This document shows, one piece after another, positions 25,736 through 38,445 of a stretch of DNA of 64,000 nt (within the stretch, counting starts at the first letter, position 1; every line of letters starts with the position of its first letter). A program made the position numbers and the translations under genes. This DNA comes from Octopus sinensis (taxonomy: Eukaryota), in the NCBI RefSeq assembly GCF_006345805.1, contig NC_043006.1, positions 63,116,001-63,180,000 on the forward strand, written 5' to 3'. The notes under the pieces are model-generated. The model searched no databases and was not told the DNA's origin. It was given only the letters and a program-made list of their open reading frames with translations.

Positions 25736-25772
25736 CTTTATGTAGAAGAGCGTAGGCTTGAAACGTTAAAGA
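25736..25772 (+). mobile_element. Penelope pLTR-like remnant with destroyed hammerhead core
   Basis: gaagagcgtaggcttgaaacgttaaagac, homologous to 30056-30093 and 58161-58195. Confidence 0.55.
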
Positions 25773-25831
25773 CTTCTCCAGTGTTAAAATGTGATGTGGT
25801 CTTTTTGTGGACATGGTCAGTCTTAGACAGC

Positions 25832-26220
25832 ACTCTTTTACTCTTTACTCTTTTACTTATTTCAGTCATTTGACTGCGGCCATGCTGGAGCACTAAATCG
25901 ACCCCAGGACTTATTCTTTGTAAGCCTGGTACTTATTCTATCGGTCTCTTTTGCCGAACCGCTACGTTACAGGGACATAAACACACCAGCATCGGTTGTC
26001 AAGCGATGTTGTGGGGGACAAGCACAGACACACAAACACACACATGCATATATATACATATACATATATACGACGGGCTTCTTTCAGTTTCCGTCTACCA
26101 AATCCACTCACAAGGCTTTGGTCGGCCCGAGGACACTTGCCCAAGGTGCCACGCAGTGGGACCGAACCCGGAACCATGTGGTTGGTAAGCAAGCTACTTA
26201 TCACACAGCCACTCCTGCGC
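25832..26220 (-). mobile_element. Near full-length family A SINE
   Basis: Reverse complement of 61710-62137 with small deletions; head gcgcaggagtggctgtg. Confidence 0.93.
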
Positions 26221-26793
26221 ACTGTTCATGTTTTTAATCTAATATAGTGGGGGAATAATATTAGAAAGTGAAGGAATACTATTTTTGGTCATGTTGCAAT
26301 GGTCATGAATGCTCTTATTGTCAGAATATAAATACTGGTAGATTTAAAGGTCTTCTTACAAATGGGATGATGTCGAGTTAAAGTTTTTGAACATTAGATG
26401 TAGATTCAGTTTAACCTGATTAGTCTGGTTTTAAAAATTAAACTAGTAAAAGGGTTATGGGTTAAAATTTTAACTCAAGTTAAAGTTTCTAAAATTAGCT
26501 TTAAAGTAAACTAAGATGTAGAGGATTAGAGTAAATTTGCAGAGTAATGTGTTATGCCAAAACAAATATGTTGCGGTGACATCATAAACATCAACAACAT
26601 CGATATCAATAATACCAGTATTATCAATATCACTAATATCAATAAAATAGCAATGGGATAAACTTCCAAATTAATGACAGAAATAACAATATCAATAACC
26701 ATGGGGTAAAAATAACACAACGATAAGAGTGTAATAGTCCCAATGCTAGATTGAAACTAAAAATTCAAGTTAAAGTAGGATAAATAAAATAGG

Positions 26794-26844
<51 letters not shown>

Positions 26845-26855
<11 letters not shown>

Positions 26856-27010
26856 ACTTTATTTAAAAGCAGCAGAAATATAACAAAAGGTGTTACTCGG
26901 AGTTCCATGTTCCCGTTAGTCGGACAGTTTTAAATAAAGCCTATTACTCTACCTCTGGTATTTGAGTACTTTTTTTCCACCCTGTTTCATATTTATGTGC
27001 TTACTCCGGT
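26845..27010 (-). mobile_element. Penelope pLTR-like remnant with decayed hammerhead-like motif (26890-26930)
   Basis: Minus strand ctgt ccgacta acg-ggaa-cat ggaa ctccgag ta acac; helix III similar to the 10.8-kb motif; flanked by (TA)n. Confidence 0.4.
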
Positions 27011-27039
27011 GTATATATATATATATATATATATATTAA

Positions 27040-28400
27040 TTCATAAAAGAAACCAAAATCGTGAGATCTTTCCAAAATCCAAAGAATTTATCAGTATGAA
27101 AAAGACCAACAATTGTTTGATCTCAACATCTTCCTACAATCCACAAAACCTTATCTGCAATAAGGATAATTAGGATGAACAAGTATCTTGAAGAAAGCAC
27201 CCCGTTTACAGAAGAACAAAGGAATGTTGAAAAGACTCATGGTGGCAGAGACCAAGAAAGTTACAACCGAAGATTGTTGAAACGAAATAATAGATCTGAG
27301 CATAACATGGATTGAATACTGGAAGGTTTTTAATGATATACCCAACACGTACATCCTGGAAATTCTAGTCATAAGTAAGAGAGCATCAATAAAAAGACAC
27401 ACGAAATGTATCACCAGTAAATGACAGACGCTTTTGCAGTTGCAGACAAAAAAAGGTATTATAAAAACTAAACTCGCCTCTATTAGAAAAGAAATATTCC
27501 AAAGGTACACACTTTCTCTCCCTCTCTTTCTTTCTCTCTCTCTCTCTCCCTCTCTGTCTCTCTCTCTTTCACTCTCCCCCTTTCTCTTTCACTCTCCCCC
27601 TCTGCTCTTTTTCCTGTTTGAATGATGCCTTTAGCTGACGTATTAAAAAGAACTAGATGTAGATGCGAATGTATTATAGCAAAGCAACCAACTATCTTTT
27701 CTATATGCATAATCTCAAGTGGAATGATAAACAACTCAAAGCATCACTGCAGGCTGTACTTGAACTTAAAGAAATTCGTATAAGATTCGGCCCACAAAAC
27801 GGCCTAAGCAATTGGAAAGATCCTGAAATAAGCGAATTAGAACATACATATACAAGCAAATACAGAGGAATCAACTAGACCTTGTATTATACATACAAAT
27901 GAAAGAAAACATTGGAAACTAATATTTTTATCGCATTAGATTAATAACTAACACAGAGTGAAATGCAAAACATAAGGTAATAGGCTACGATACTACATAT
28001 CTTCAAATAATATGCCACAATTAAATTCTCCGTTAGATGCTGAATGAACTGGTGAGTCTTCATAGGAAAACCAGGAAAATAATGATTCACTTAAAAAACA
28101 TAATCCAAAATCTGACTCTGGAAGACTGTATTCCCCATAAATGCAAGCGGGTAAGGACCTTAGAACAATTATCTACCGTAGGACCACAAAACTATCCAGT
28201 AGAGAATGATGGAAAATTAATACAAAGAGCAATGAAACATAAGCAAAGTAAAAACTATTTTTTGTTTTCAAGGAAGCGAACAAATATAAACATGTTGCAA
28301 GAAAAAAATAAGTACGAAGTAAAAATGAGTCCACAGGGATCATAAAACGGCTAAAAATCAAAGAATACCATGGTAGGAATAGCAGAAAATAAATTTATAG
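27040..28400 (+). mobile_element. Highly decayed Dong/R4 RT region
   Basis: DLSITWIEYWKVFNDIPNTYILEIL..QTLLQLQTKKGIIKT..IRKEIFQRYTLS..F (WIDY.KAFDS.PH; GIFQGD.LSP) then NYLFYMHNLK (HL.YMDDLK). Confidence 0.7.
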
Positions 28401-29045
28401 TATCTGATTTGGCAATAAGGAGTAGCAGTTGAGTTGACTAATACGTGGGACATAAATCTCAAGGGTTCTGTTCTAACCTTTTCGCAAATTTGTGCATATA
28501 TTGTCTAAAGGAAAACAATATTTTAGCAGGAAAGAATAAGAAAGTTATTACTAATTTAATCATTAGTTTTACTATAATAACATATTAACATATTATTAAT
28601 TCTGTATTTATACACATTTAGCAAGATACAATTGGAAGTTATTAGTTACTGCATCTCCATCAGTAAATTTTTCGTCAGTATAGAAAGAATTAGCTTGACA
28701 AGAGAATAATAAAGTTGTTGGTGTCACAGATGGATAGGAGCTTACTCTGTACATGAAATATAGTTGAACAAAATACCAAACAAATCGCCATTAAATACAT
28801 CTAACGATAAATTAATATTACTGTTTACTTTACTCTTTCTCCCTACTTTTTTCTTTCTCTCTTTCCAAAATGGTAAATTCTAAAGTATATTTAAGACGCT
28901 ATGTTCTCAAAGAAAAAAGAAATAGATGAATAAAGATATTAGTCAAGATTTAGCACGAAGGTATATGTATATATGTGCCGGTGTGTTTATATACAAAGAC
29001 ATGTGCGTGTGTATTTAAATACACAAAAATTTATGTCCATACATA

Positions 29046-29452
29046 TTCTCTTTACTCTTTTTACTCTTTTACTTGTTTCATTCATTTGACTGTGGTCATG
29101 CTGGAGCACCGCTTTTAGTCGATCAAATCGACCCCAAGACTTATTCTTTGTAAGCCTAGTACTTACTCTATCGGTCTCTTTTGCGAACTGCTAAGTTACG
29201 GGGACGTAAACACACCAGCATCGGTTGTCAAGCGATATTGGGGGGGACAAACATTGACACAAACATATACACACACACATACATATATAGACATATATGA
29301 TAGGCTTCTTTCAGTTTCCGTCTACCAAATCCACTCACAAGACTTTGGTCGGCCCGAGGCTATAGTAGAAGACACTTACCCAAGGTGTCACGCAGTGGGA
29401 CTGAACCCGGAACCATGTGGTTGGTAAGCAAGTTACTTACCACAAAGCCTGT
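29046..29452 (-). mobile_element. Near full-length family A SINE
   Basis: Reverse complement of 61710-62137. Confidence 0.93.
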
Positions 29453-30055
29453 ATATATAATATATATATATTTATATACATATGTATGCATGTATGAATG
29501 TATGTATGTTTGTATGTATGTGTGGATATATGTGTATTTATATAATGTTTTGTTCATTGTATATATTACTCATTAAATGAGCTTTTGATTACTTTGAAAT
29601 AGTTATGTTCGTACATTTGCTATATCCGATCAAATAATTTGAAAATTACTAATCATGGATACGAATCATTTCGTGATTTATTCTCGCGATTTTCAGAGGC
29701 TAGGACAACGTTTGGAATGTAGGAGGAAGGGAAAATAAACGTATAAATTTCAAATGTTTCATAAGTAATTCACAAGTGATATTATATATAGAGAGAGGGA
29801 CACAAAGAGAGAGAGAGAAGGAAAGAGAAAGCAACAAAACGTAGTTAAACAAATTGAATACAACCGATTAATGACCAACAAAAACAGCAGCATTACAAAT
29901 TTATACTTTTAATGTTGCTGTTTGTTTTTTGTTTTTTAGCTTTTTGTATTACTATTTTATGGGAAGCTTTATGAAAATAAACAAAAGACGAAGGCAGGTG
30001 GAATACGAACAAACAATTGTATTAGTATGGCGCTCAGGAATATAAATAAAACAAG

Positions 30056-30093
30056 TCTTTTACGTTTCGAGCCTACGCTCTTCAACAGAAAGA
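30056..30093 (-). ncRNA. Minimal hammerhead-like motif with CUGUUGA core in pLTR-like repeat
   Basis: Minus strand: tcttt CTGTTGA a gagc-gtag-gctc GAAA cg TA aaaga; perfect helices I and II, ACGT palindrome. Confidence 0.6.
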
Positions 30094-30249
30094 TACACAG
30101 AAAAGAAACACGGAGAGAAACAAGGAGAGAAAAAAATGCGTGCAGAAGCTAGCGAATCAACATTTTATGTTCTTCTCTGAGAAATTTTGTTACAACTTTA
30201 TACTTACTAATTGTTGCAAATTATTTGAGTAATTATTTATGTAACTGTT

Positions 30250-30640
30250 GTTGCTGTGCTGTGCTGTGCTGTTGAGGGAGCGGTCGTCATCCCAGAGCTC
30301 GCAAGACGAGAGAAGTCCGAAACGTGGTCCTTTACTATTCGTAAGACTCGCAGAAGAGAAAGCAGGTCAACCCCCGACACCGAGAGCATCGACGGATCGA
30401 TGAATGCGCATCCAGGCTCAGCTGTTGCGTAGGAAGTCGGGGACAAGAAACAGGAAGAAAGAGTAAGAGAAAGTTGGGGCGAAAGAGTACAACAGTGGTC
30501 GCCACCACCCTCTGTAGGAGCCACGTGGAGCTTTAGGTGTTTTCGCTCAATAAACACACACAACGCCTGGTCTGGGAATCGAAACCGCGATTCCCCCGAC
30601 CGCGAGTCCGCTGCCCTAACCATTGGGCCATTGCGCCTCC
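30250..30640 (-). mobile_element. tRNA-derived SINE (family C, long tail variant)
   Basis: Head ggaggcgcaatggcccaatggttagggcagcggactcgcgg..ggtttcgattccc (A and B boxes); (CAGCA)n tail. Confidence 0.88.
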
Positions 30641-31977
30641 GCTGTTGTTGCTGTAACTACTGCTGTTCCTTGCCATTGATATTATTGCTGTTTTTGCCAT
30701 GCTTGTTCTTGTTTAGCTCCCGATCAACCTCGATTGATCTTCCAAACTTTCATATGAATAAGACCAAACGTGACCATCCCGAAGTTTTTGGTGGGTGGGT
30801 AGCTCCTCGTCCTATATCATCCAGTGTGTCCTTCCATTTCTTTAAGACAGCAGTGTGTGTGTCTGTGTCAATTGAAGGAGATTTGTTTTGTTTTCTTTTA
30901 ATTATTGCCGGAGCAGCCACGCAGTTTATTCCGTTGACTTATTGACAAGGAACAATTATTATTAATGTTACATACAACTACTGTTATTGTTTTCGTTGTT
31001 GTTGCTGCTACTATTGTTATTATTCTTGTTGATAATGTTTTTCTTACTTCTTGCTGATAATGTTTCTCTGACTGCTGCCAGTGTATATCATGTAGCTTAA
31101 TTGAGTATACTTATGACCAAAAGCGCTCCAAATATGACTATTATGTCTTTCTTATACCAGGAAAAACATTGCCTATGGGTCCTTCCTTTCCAAGGACAGG
31201 ATGTTACTTGTGAGAGATTTGGCTGTTCATTCATGCACGTCTCTCGTTGGGTGGTAGCTGCTGTTTCTGCCCTGAAACTAGCTTAAACATATTTTATTCA
31301 GAACTGTGTTACTATATTTTAACCTCAGGAAAACATATTTTCCAGCTGGTTAACGACACACAACCTCTCTATCTACTTTTTTGCCTCAATGATCCTCGTT
31401 ATATATTTTATACACTAGAGTACGTGCATTTCTCGTCTGTAGCGTTTCAGGGGATGGCAACAGTCTCGTATTGCTGTCACTTTTTTAATCAAATTGTGAA
31501 ACTTAAATAGTTGTTCCGTTTTAATTTCTAGTTCGGTGACGTTGCCGCCCACTGCATCTGAAAAACGTTGCTTTGCCTTCTCCTCTTGTATATCCTTTGA
31601 ACTTGCATTTTGACTTTCATTTACTTTTCCAATCTCGGGAAAATCTAGGTTTGATTCAATGTTGAATTCCATGACAATTTTGTTTTTTAATAAAATTTTG
31701 CCAAAAATGACAAATTAACAGAAAATTCACAACTTGTCAACGGGTAAAAAAATTATATTTCATAATTCACAAAATAGTTTTTAAACAGTGTTCCACAATG
31801 TAATTTCTGCCCCGTAGGGCGAAAATTACTGTCCTCCAACGGACAACAGTTCGATTCACAAATTAACAAAATAATATAAAACAGGTAACAAACCAAATGC
31901 GAACTCACATAAGAGGGTAGCAGAAATTCAAAAAAAAAAAACGACGCAAAAAAACGAGTCTGGTAGAGATGGAACCT

Positions 31978-32067
31978 GCCTGCTAGAGATGGCAGTCAAT
32001 CGTCCCTACTCACAATATATAAGCCTGCTAGAGATGGCAGTCAATCGTCCCTACTCACAATATATAA
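31978..32067 (+). repeat. Exact 45-bp tandem duplication ending in TATATAA
   Basis: gcctgctagagatggcagtcaatcgtccctactcacaatatataa x2. Confidence 0.97.
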
Positions 32068-33299
32068 ACAGAGAAGCAAAAGACAGCCGCTGATCTCGTA
32101 ACGAGCACAGTAGTTAGTTCTAAAATCTTTAAACAAGGTATAAGTACCAACAATAATAGACGGTAAGATTTTTTGCCACTATAACATGACTGTTCTATAT
32201 CGATCTGTGTTACTACAGTTTAACTCTATATATTTTGTTTTGTCTAATCTGAAAGTTATACTCTAAAGTCTATTATGCTTGTGTTGTTATATTTTCGACC
32301 AGGCGCTTTATGTTACAAACGAAGTTATTTTACTCAACTCTGGTATTTTGCTGTTGTTGCTGGTGATAATGATCGGTGTCATTTTAGCCCCAGCCGCACC
32401 ACGATCTAATAGATCTATGGTCAAAGGCATTCCTGTTGCGGCCATCAGGTTTTTTCTTCATTTTTCGATCACACTATATCGATAGCAAAACTATCCAATG
32501 AGTCCGTCTCTTTAAAATATCAGTTACATGTGGGGGAAATCTGACTACTACTAGCACTTCTCTCCCAACTCTTTGTCAATGTAAACCTCTTCTCTCTCTC
32601 TCTTCTCTCTCTCTCTCTTTTCTCTCTCTCTCTCTCTCTCTCTTACACACACACTATGTTACCCAATGCATAAAGTTTTTGTGTTAGTAAACGCCACAAA
32701 GCTGCAGTATTGCGCCCAGAGGAAACCATTTTAAAGAGGTATTGCGTTTAAAAACAAAGCACAACTCAAAATTAGGTGAAACGATATCGCCCAGGAAATG
32801 AAATCGAACGACAGATATCGATATTTTGCGGTCGTTTCTGCTCTTCACTGTCACACACTGACCCACCTCAGAAAAAACTCGCCCCAGTGAATCAGATATT
32901 TGTATGCAAATACTATAAAATCTATTCGCCGACGTTCAAAATTGTCGCACAAGGAAAACAGGTTCGAGGCGGAGAAGTGTGTGAAAGTAAAGAGCGGAAA
33001 TAATCTCGAAATATCCATATATGTCGCTCTCTTAAACATCTGAGGCGATTTCGTTTCGCTTAACTTTGAGTCATACTGTGTTTCTAAACATAATTTGTCT
33101 TTCAAATGGTCTCCCATGAACAACATACCGTAGCTTTGTAGTATTTATAAACACACATACATTAACTATGTGATATTGATAATGTTCATACACACACACA
33201 CACACACATACATACATACATACATACACGCAAACATACACTCATACACAAACAAGAACACATACACGTACACATATACAAAGAGACCCACACACACAT

Positions 33300-33336
<37 letters not shown>

Positions 33337-33520
33337 GTGGCGAATATAATTTTATTTAATTTATATTAAAATTGTTTTTATGTATTGGATTAAGTCTTTC
33401 TTTGTTTGATTTGCAAAATAGTGGTTTTGTCTCTAATTAATATTATATATATATATATATATACATTGGCTTAGTGCATATAAAACCCGGATTTTCATAC
33501 ATTTTATACATAAATATAAG

Positions 33521-33554
<34 letters not shown>

Positions 33555-34599
33555 GGAACTTAGCCGTTTAGCAAAAGAGACCGATATAGAATAAGTACTG
33601 GCGTCGATTAGTTCGACTAAATAATTCTTCCGTTTAATGTTAAACTCTTTTCTATATAAGCTTCACTTTGATAAGCTATTTGAGATATATAATATTCTGA
33701 GTAACATACATTAACGTAAAAGCAGCAGTGATTTAGAAGAAAAATATATCATGTTATGAAGAGACTCAGGTAAATATACATATTTCGTATAGTATTACCA
33801 GACAAATCACTATATTACTGGCAAAAACATCGGTCTGCATATGTATGTGTGTACTAGTTTGTATGTGTGTGTGTGTGCGTATATATATATGTATGTATGC
33901 ATATATGTATGCATGTATGTATATATGTATGTATATACTTACATATTATGTATACACGAGTGTATATCTATGTGTTTGTATTGTCATTTCCATTCATCTT
34001 CCTCTTCTTAAACGGGCGTGTTTTAAATTTCTATTTTTTCTTTTTTTCTTTTTTTTTTGCAAAAATCATAATACGTAAATACATTTATATACATATCGAG
34101 AATTTGATATAGTATGTCCCTTTTGATATTTAATTAATTCCGTAACGAAAGTAAGCAGATGCACTTGTTGCCGTCCCTCTAACTATCGAGTATTATTTCT
34201 GTGATGTTTTTATGAAATATCGCCACAACTTCAAAGCGAATGTTCAGATAATATAAAATACAAAACTCAGCTTCACATAATGTATCTGAGACACTTCAAA
34301 ACAATTGTTATTAATTATTGTTGAAGTTTTGTTGATTCTCACTGGTGGCAGTGTGGTGAAGAGGTTCCGTTCACAACCATGTGGTTTGAGACTCAATCTC
34401 ATTACGCGCCCACCCCGGACAAGTTATATCGGAGCACATCATGCACACATAAAAATAGATAGGTAGATAGATATGTTTGTCTGTGAGTGTATGCATACAT
34501 GTACATATATATATATATATATATATATTACGGAGATGTACTTGCATAGCGAGTGACCAGATCTGAGAGCGTGTGCTGGAACGAAAACAGTTGTGCAGC

Positions 34600-35060
34600 G
34601 TGGAAGGTGTTTATAAGCCATTTAAGAAACACAAAAACCGTTAGATTCACTTCAACATTTAAATTTAATTTGTCAAAATATTGTCGTCGCTTTGAGACCG
34701 CGACCTGTTCACTGACAAAATTCTGTGCTGCATATACATATACATATGAAGATAGCTCAAAACGCCCTTGAGCGAACAACCTTGGTACGAACATAAGGGA
34801 GATGGTTGTGTCAAAATGGTCTTAAAATCTTTGTTGTAACCAGCATTAACAGGCTTCGGGGTGCAGGGCAAAGGAGAAAAGCGGCTACAAATATACCATC
34901 TACACTGGCCCGTAATCCTCAAATTTGCAACATCTGTGGCATCCTTTGCAAATCGTTGGCGGAACTTAAATGTCACATTCGACATAAGCATCATGTCCGA
35001 CAAAGAAAGAGTGCGTTGTCAGAGCCTCATGCATCGAAACCGACAGGAGAGTCCATCATA
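34600..35060 (+). mobile_element. RTE-clade LINE 3' end (C-terminal Zn-finger)
   Basis: GLKIF..NRLRGAGQRRKAAT..ICNICGILCKSLAELKCHIRHKH fits the RTE CxxCG..C.S..GL.SH.R pattern; followed by (GATA)n. Confidence 0.8.
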
Positions 35061-35069
35061 TACATACAT

Positions 35070-35165
<96 letters not shown>

Positions 35166-35172
35166 GTAGATA
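35070..35172. repeat. (GATA)n microsatellite
   Basis: Direct reading. Confidence 0.98.
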
Positions 35173-35592
35173 GACGAGCAAAACGCCCTCCGTCCAATGG
35201 ACGGTGCTGAGTTGTCAAGCATTTAAACCAAATTTTCTCAAAACAACTTGTCTGATCGTCCCGTAGGCCTCCCCTTTGATAAACAGTGATTTAACCTAAA
35301 TTTGAGACACCAGCAAAAGAAGAAATAAAGATAGACTTTTTTCTATTCCAAAGAAAAACTATTTTATTCACACAAATATGCAACTGAAGAGTTTAAAGTA
35401 CCAGTAATGATAATGCTGGGAGAAGAAAAGAAACGTGCCTTTAAGCAGTACAAAAACAACAAAAACTGGAAGGTGCAGTTATGTACAGGTTGACGGAAGA
35501 AAAGCAGGACAAAAACGGCTTTATCGATCGCATTCTCACCTGGAATCGATATTTGTAATTTTTTCAAGACTTATACACGCCTTGATAAATAT

Positions 35593-35624
<32 letters not shown>

Positions 35625-36069
35625 GCTCCCTTTTCACCCTAAGTTAGAGTTACCACCTTCACTCACACCGCCGGTGACTAAACCCACTGTGGACTAAAAA
35701 CAAATTTAATTCACACGTGCAAAAAAATGAGCTTAGTTAAACTCGGAACCCCACAAAAAGATAATATTCACCTCGCTCAACGAAACTAACCAGTCTATTA
35801 CAATAAAATCTCTCCCCAGCGAAATTACCAGCGCGAGAATAAAATTTAATGGAAGACTTACTATCTTTGCTTCTATTACCATCACATATGTATCAATTAT
35901 TTTCGCAACCTAACCGATGTATCTATTTTCGCAATCTGAAGAAATTCACCAAAACTATTCAATCGAAACGATCGTAAATGTTACCTTCATCTTTATTTCT
36001 TTTTTCTTTGTTATCTAAGGCATACCAGCGAAAACGACGAGTTTCCCCTTGTTATTACATCCATTTTTT

Positions 36070-36140
<71 letters not shown>

Positions 36141-37034
36141 ACATGCATACATATTTATATATACATATATACACATATGTATGCATGTCTGTATATACGA
36201 AAGAGCGATTTAAAGGACGCTGTACGCAATAAATTCTGATTTTTTTTTTAAATTTCATCTGTCTGGGAGACGGAAAGCAGAAACCTGGCGGAAATCGATA
36301 GTGATTCCCAAAGAAAAGAGGACATATTTCCAAGAGATAAAGAGATTAAATCTCGATTAAAGTATGAGATTTTATCATAATTAGCCAAATTCATTGAATT
36401 ATTGGAATTATTTTTTTCAGTTTCTTGTATGTAAAATTCTCAAAATTTCCCTTTCCCAAAATAAACCTAATACTTCTTTATATACAGGCGATGAGCGTAA
36501 GAGAAAGAGGGAGAGAGAAAAAGAGGGAGGGAGAACGAGGGAGTGAGAAAAAGAGGGAGGGAGAAGAGTTGCCGACGTGAGGTAGGAGGAACGTAATATT
36601 TATAACAAGGTTAAAAAGTTAGTTGAAATGAGTGATATTGAGAAAGAAATAAAATGTTTAGTAGAGGGATTATGTTCTGGTGGTGAAATTAAAGAAAGGC
36701 AAACAGAGAGAAAGGGGGAAAGAGAGAGACAGAGAGGGAGAAGAGGCAGAGAGTAGTGGTGTTTTTGCCGGCCGATGCATTAAACCTTCATGTAACTGGT
36801 GAAAGTGAGAGGTGAAGAGAAAGAGGAGAGAAATGAGAGCGGTATGAAAACGGAAATGGCACGGTTAAAAAATTTGAAGTTAGAGGTAGGGAAAAAAAGA
36901 GAGAGAGAGAGAGAGAACTATATAATAAAGCGTTTAGCAGAGAGAAATTTCAAAGCACCGGAAAAATAGAAAGCTAAATTTTCGCTACTAAAAATTTCAA
37001 CTCCGCCATCACCATAAAAGGAACAGCAAAGTTC

Positions 37035-37175
37035 CACCGAGTTTGACTTTGCCTTTCATTCTTTCAGGATCGATTAGTAAAGTATCAGTTCAGCACTGGT
37101 ATCGATGTAATCGACTGGCACCCTCCTCCAACATTTTAGGCTTTGTGCCTAAGAGAGAAAAGATTTTTTATTATT
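37035..37175 (+). mobile_element. Meta-type SINE fragment about 100 bp upstream of the exon
   Basis: gagtttgactttgcctttcattctttcaggatcgat..ggtatcgatgtaatcgac..ggctttgtgcctaag. Confidence 0.8.
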
Positions 37176-37271
37176 ATTAGGTTGGTGATAAGGCAGAACC
37201 GTTTGCACACCAGATCTATACACATAAACTTTTCAAGTTTGATTCTTATATTTTTGTTTAATTTATTACAG

Positions 37272-37455
37272 ATGTTTGGCAGAAACGCTATAATGACACC
37301 TATCAAGGAGAATTCTTAAACGATTCCATCATATTGGTCCGTTATGAAGATGGCTATTGGAGCAAACCATATTTCGACTGCGGCGGAGGATACATTTGGA
37401 TGATGACTTATATTACACCGTTTTTCGGGTTTAAAAATGATAGCTTTTATTTCAA
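37272..37455 (+). CDS. Internal coding exon of a GPR158/GPR179/CG31760-like class C GPCR (extracellular Cache-type domain)
   Basis: Acceptor ttattacAG (37270-1), donor GTaag (37456-7); 184 nt = 2+60x3+2 with no stop: xVWQKRYNDTYQGEFLNDSIILVRYEDGYWSKPYFDCGGGYIWMMTYITPFFGFKNDSFYFK; matches the recalled CG31760-type motif YEDG.WSKPY.DCGGG.IWM.TYT.PFFG. Confidence 0.88.
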
Positions 37456-37907
37456 GTAAGTTTTCGAATTTTATTTTAAATTTTAACCCTTATATTTTAA
37501 TTAACATCATCCCCAATTTTTCGCAAGTTTATTATATATACAATGAGAAGAATTCACCGTATTTTGAATAAATTGCTTTAAACTGATACCGGAAATCTTC
37601 AAGTGGTTCGAAAATGTTGATTCGATTAGAATTCTTGTACCCAATCAATTCAGAGAATATCTCATGCTAAGCTTTGTAAAGATATATAACAAAAATAATT
37701 AAGCAAATATAAAACATAAGATATATTCTTTACTTAATATTTTTTTCAAGCAAATTATATGAATTATGCTCTAAATAAAATGTTCTAAATTAATTCGCTT
37801 TTCCTAATCAGTAAATGTTTTCTAGTGCTTTTTGCTGTGCTTGGAGTTATCCAATGAACTGAAAATTTCAGTTACCTTGAGTAACAAATGTGTCCTACAA
37901 CGTGAAA

Positions 37908-38044
<137 letters not shown>

Positions 38045-38322
38045 TACGTACGTATATACATTACATACATTATATACATATATGCATACATACATACATT
38101 ACATTACATGCGAAGATACTGTACTTACATGCATACCATCTATGCGTATATAGATAGATATGCACAGAGAGAGAGAAAGAGACAGAGAGATACATGCATA
38201 CATTACACATAGAAACTCATACAAACTTACATGGCTACTTTAAAGTACTGGGTGCTTTTAATACAGCACCAGCACATGTGCATATTATGTGGCCGACAAC
38301 GTCTGTAGCCTACAACTTGAAA

Positions 38323-38445
38323 TACGAGGTCTCATCTATAAGTACCTGGACTGTCGCCATAGTAACAAAGCTAAAACATGCAGAGTAAAGTTGCTTGGCA
38401 CAAATTGACCTTGAACTCTATTGTGCATGTGCACTAAGTTTTAAC
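38323..38445 (+). mobile_element. Mariner 5' terminal fragment
   Basis: TAcgaggtctcatctataagtacctggac resembles the TAcgagg..caataagta TIR of the mariners at 50.8 and 60.2 kb. Confidence 0.55.

Noticed and set aside
32291-32460. Signal-peptide-like hydrophobic ORF as first GPCR exon
   Set aside because: No family motif and no convincing in-frame start; hydrophobicity is explained by a T/G-rich tract
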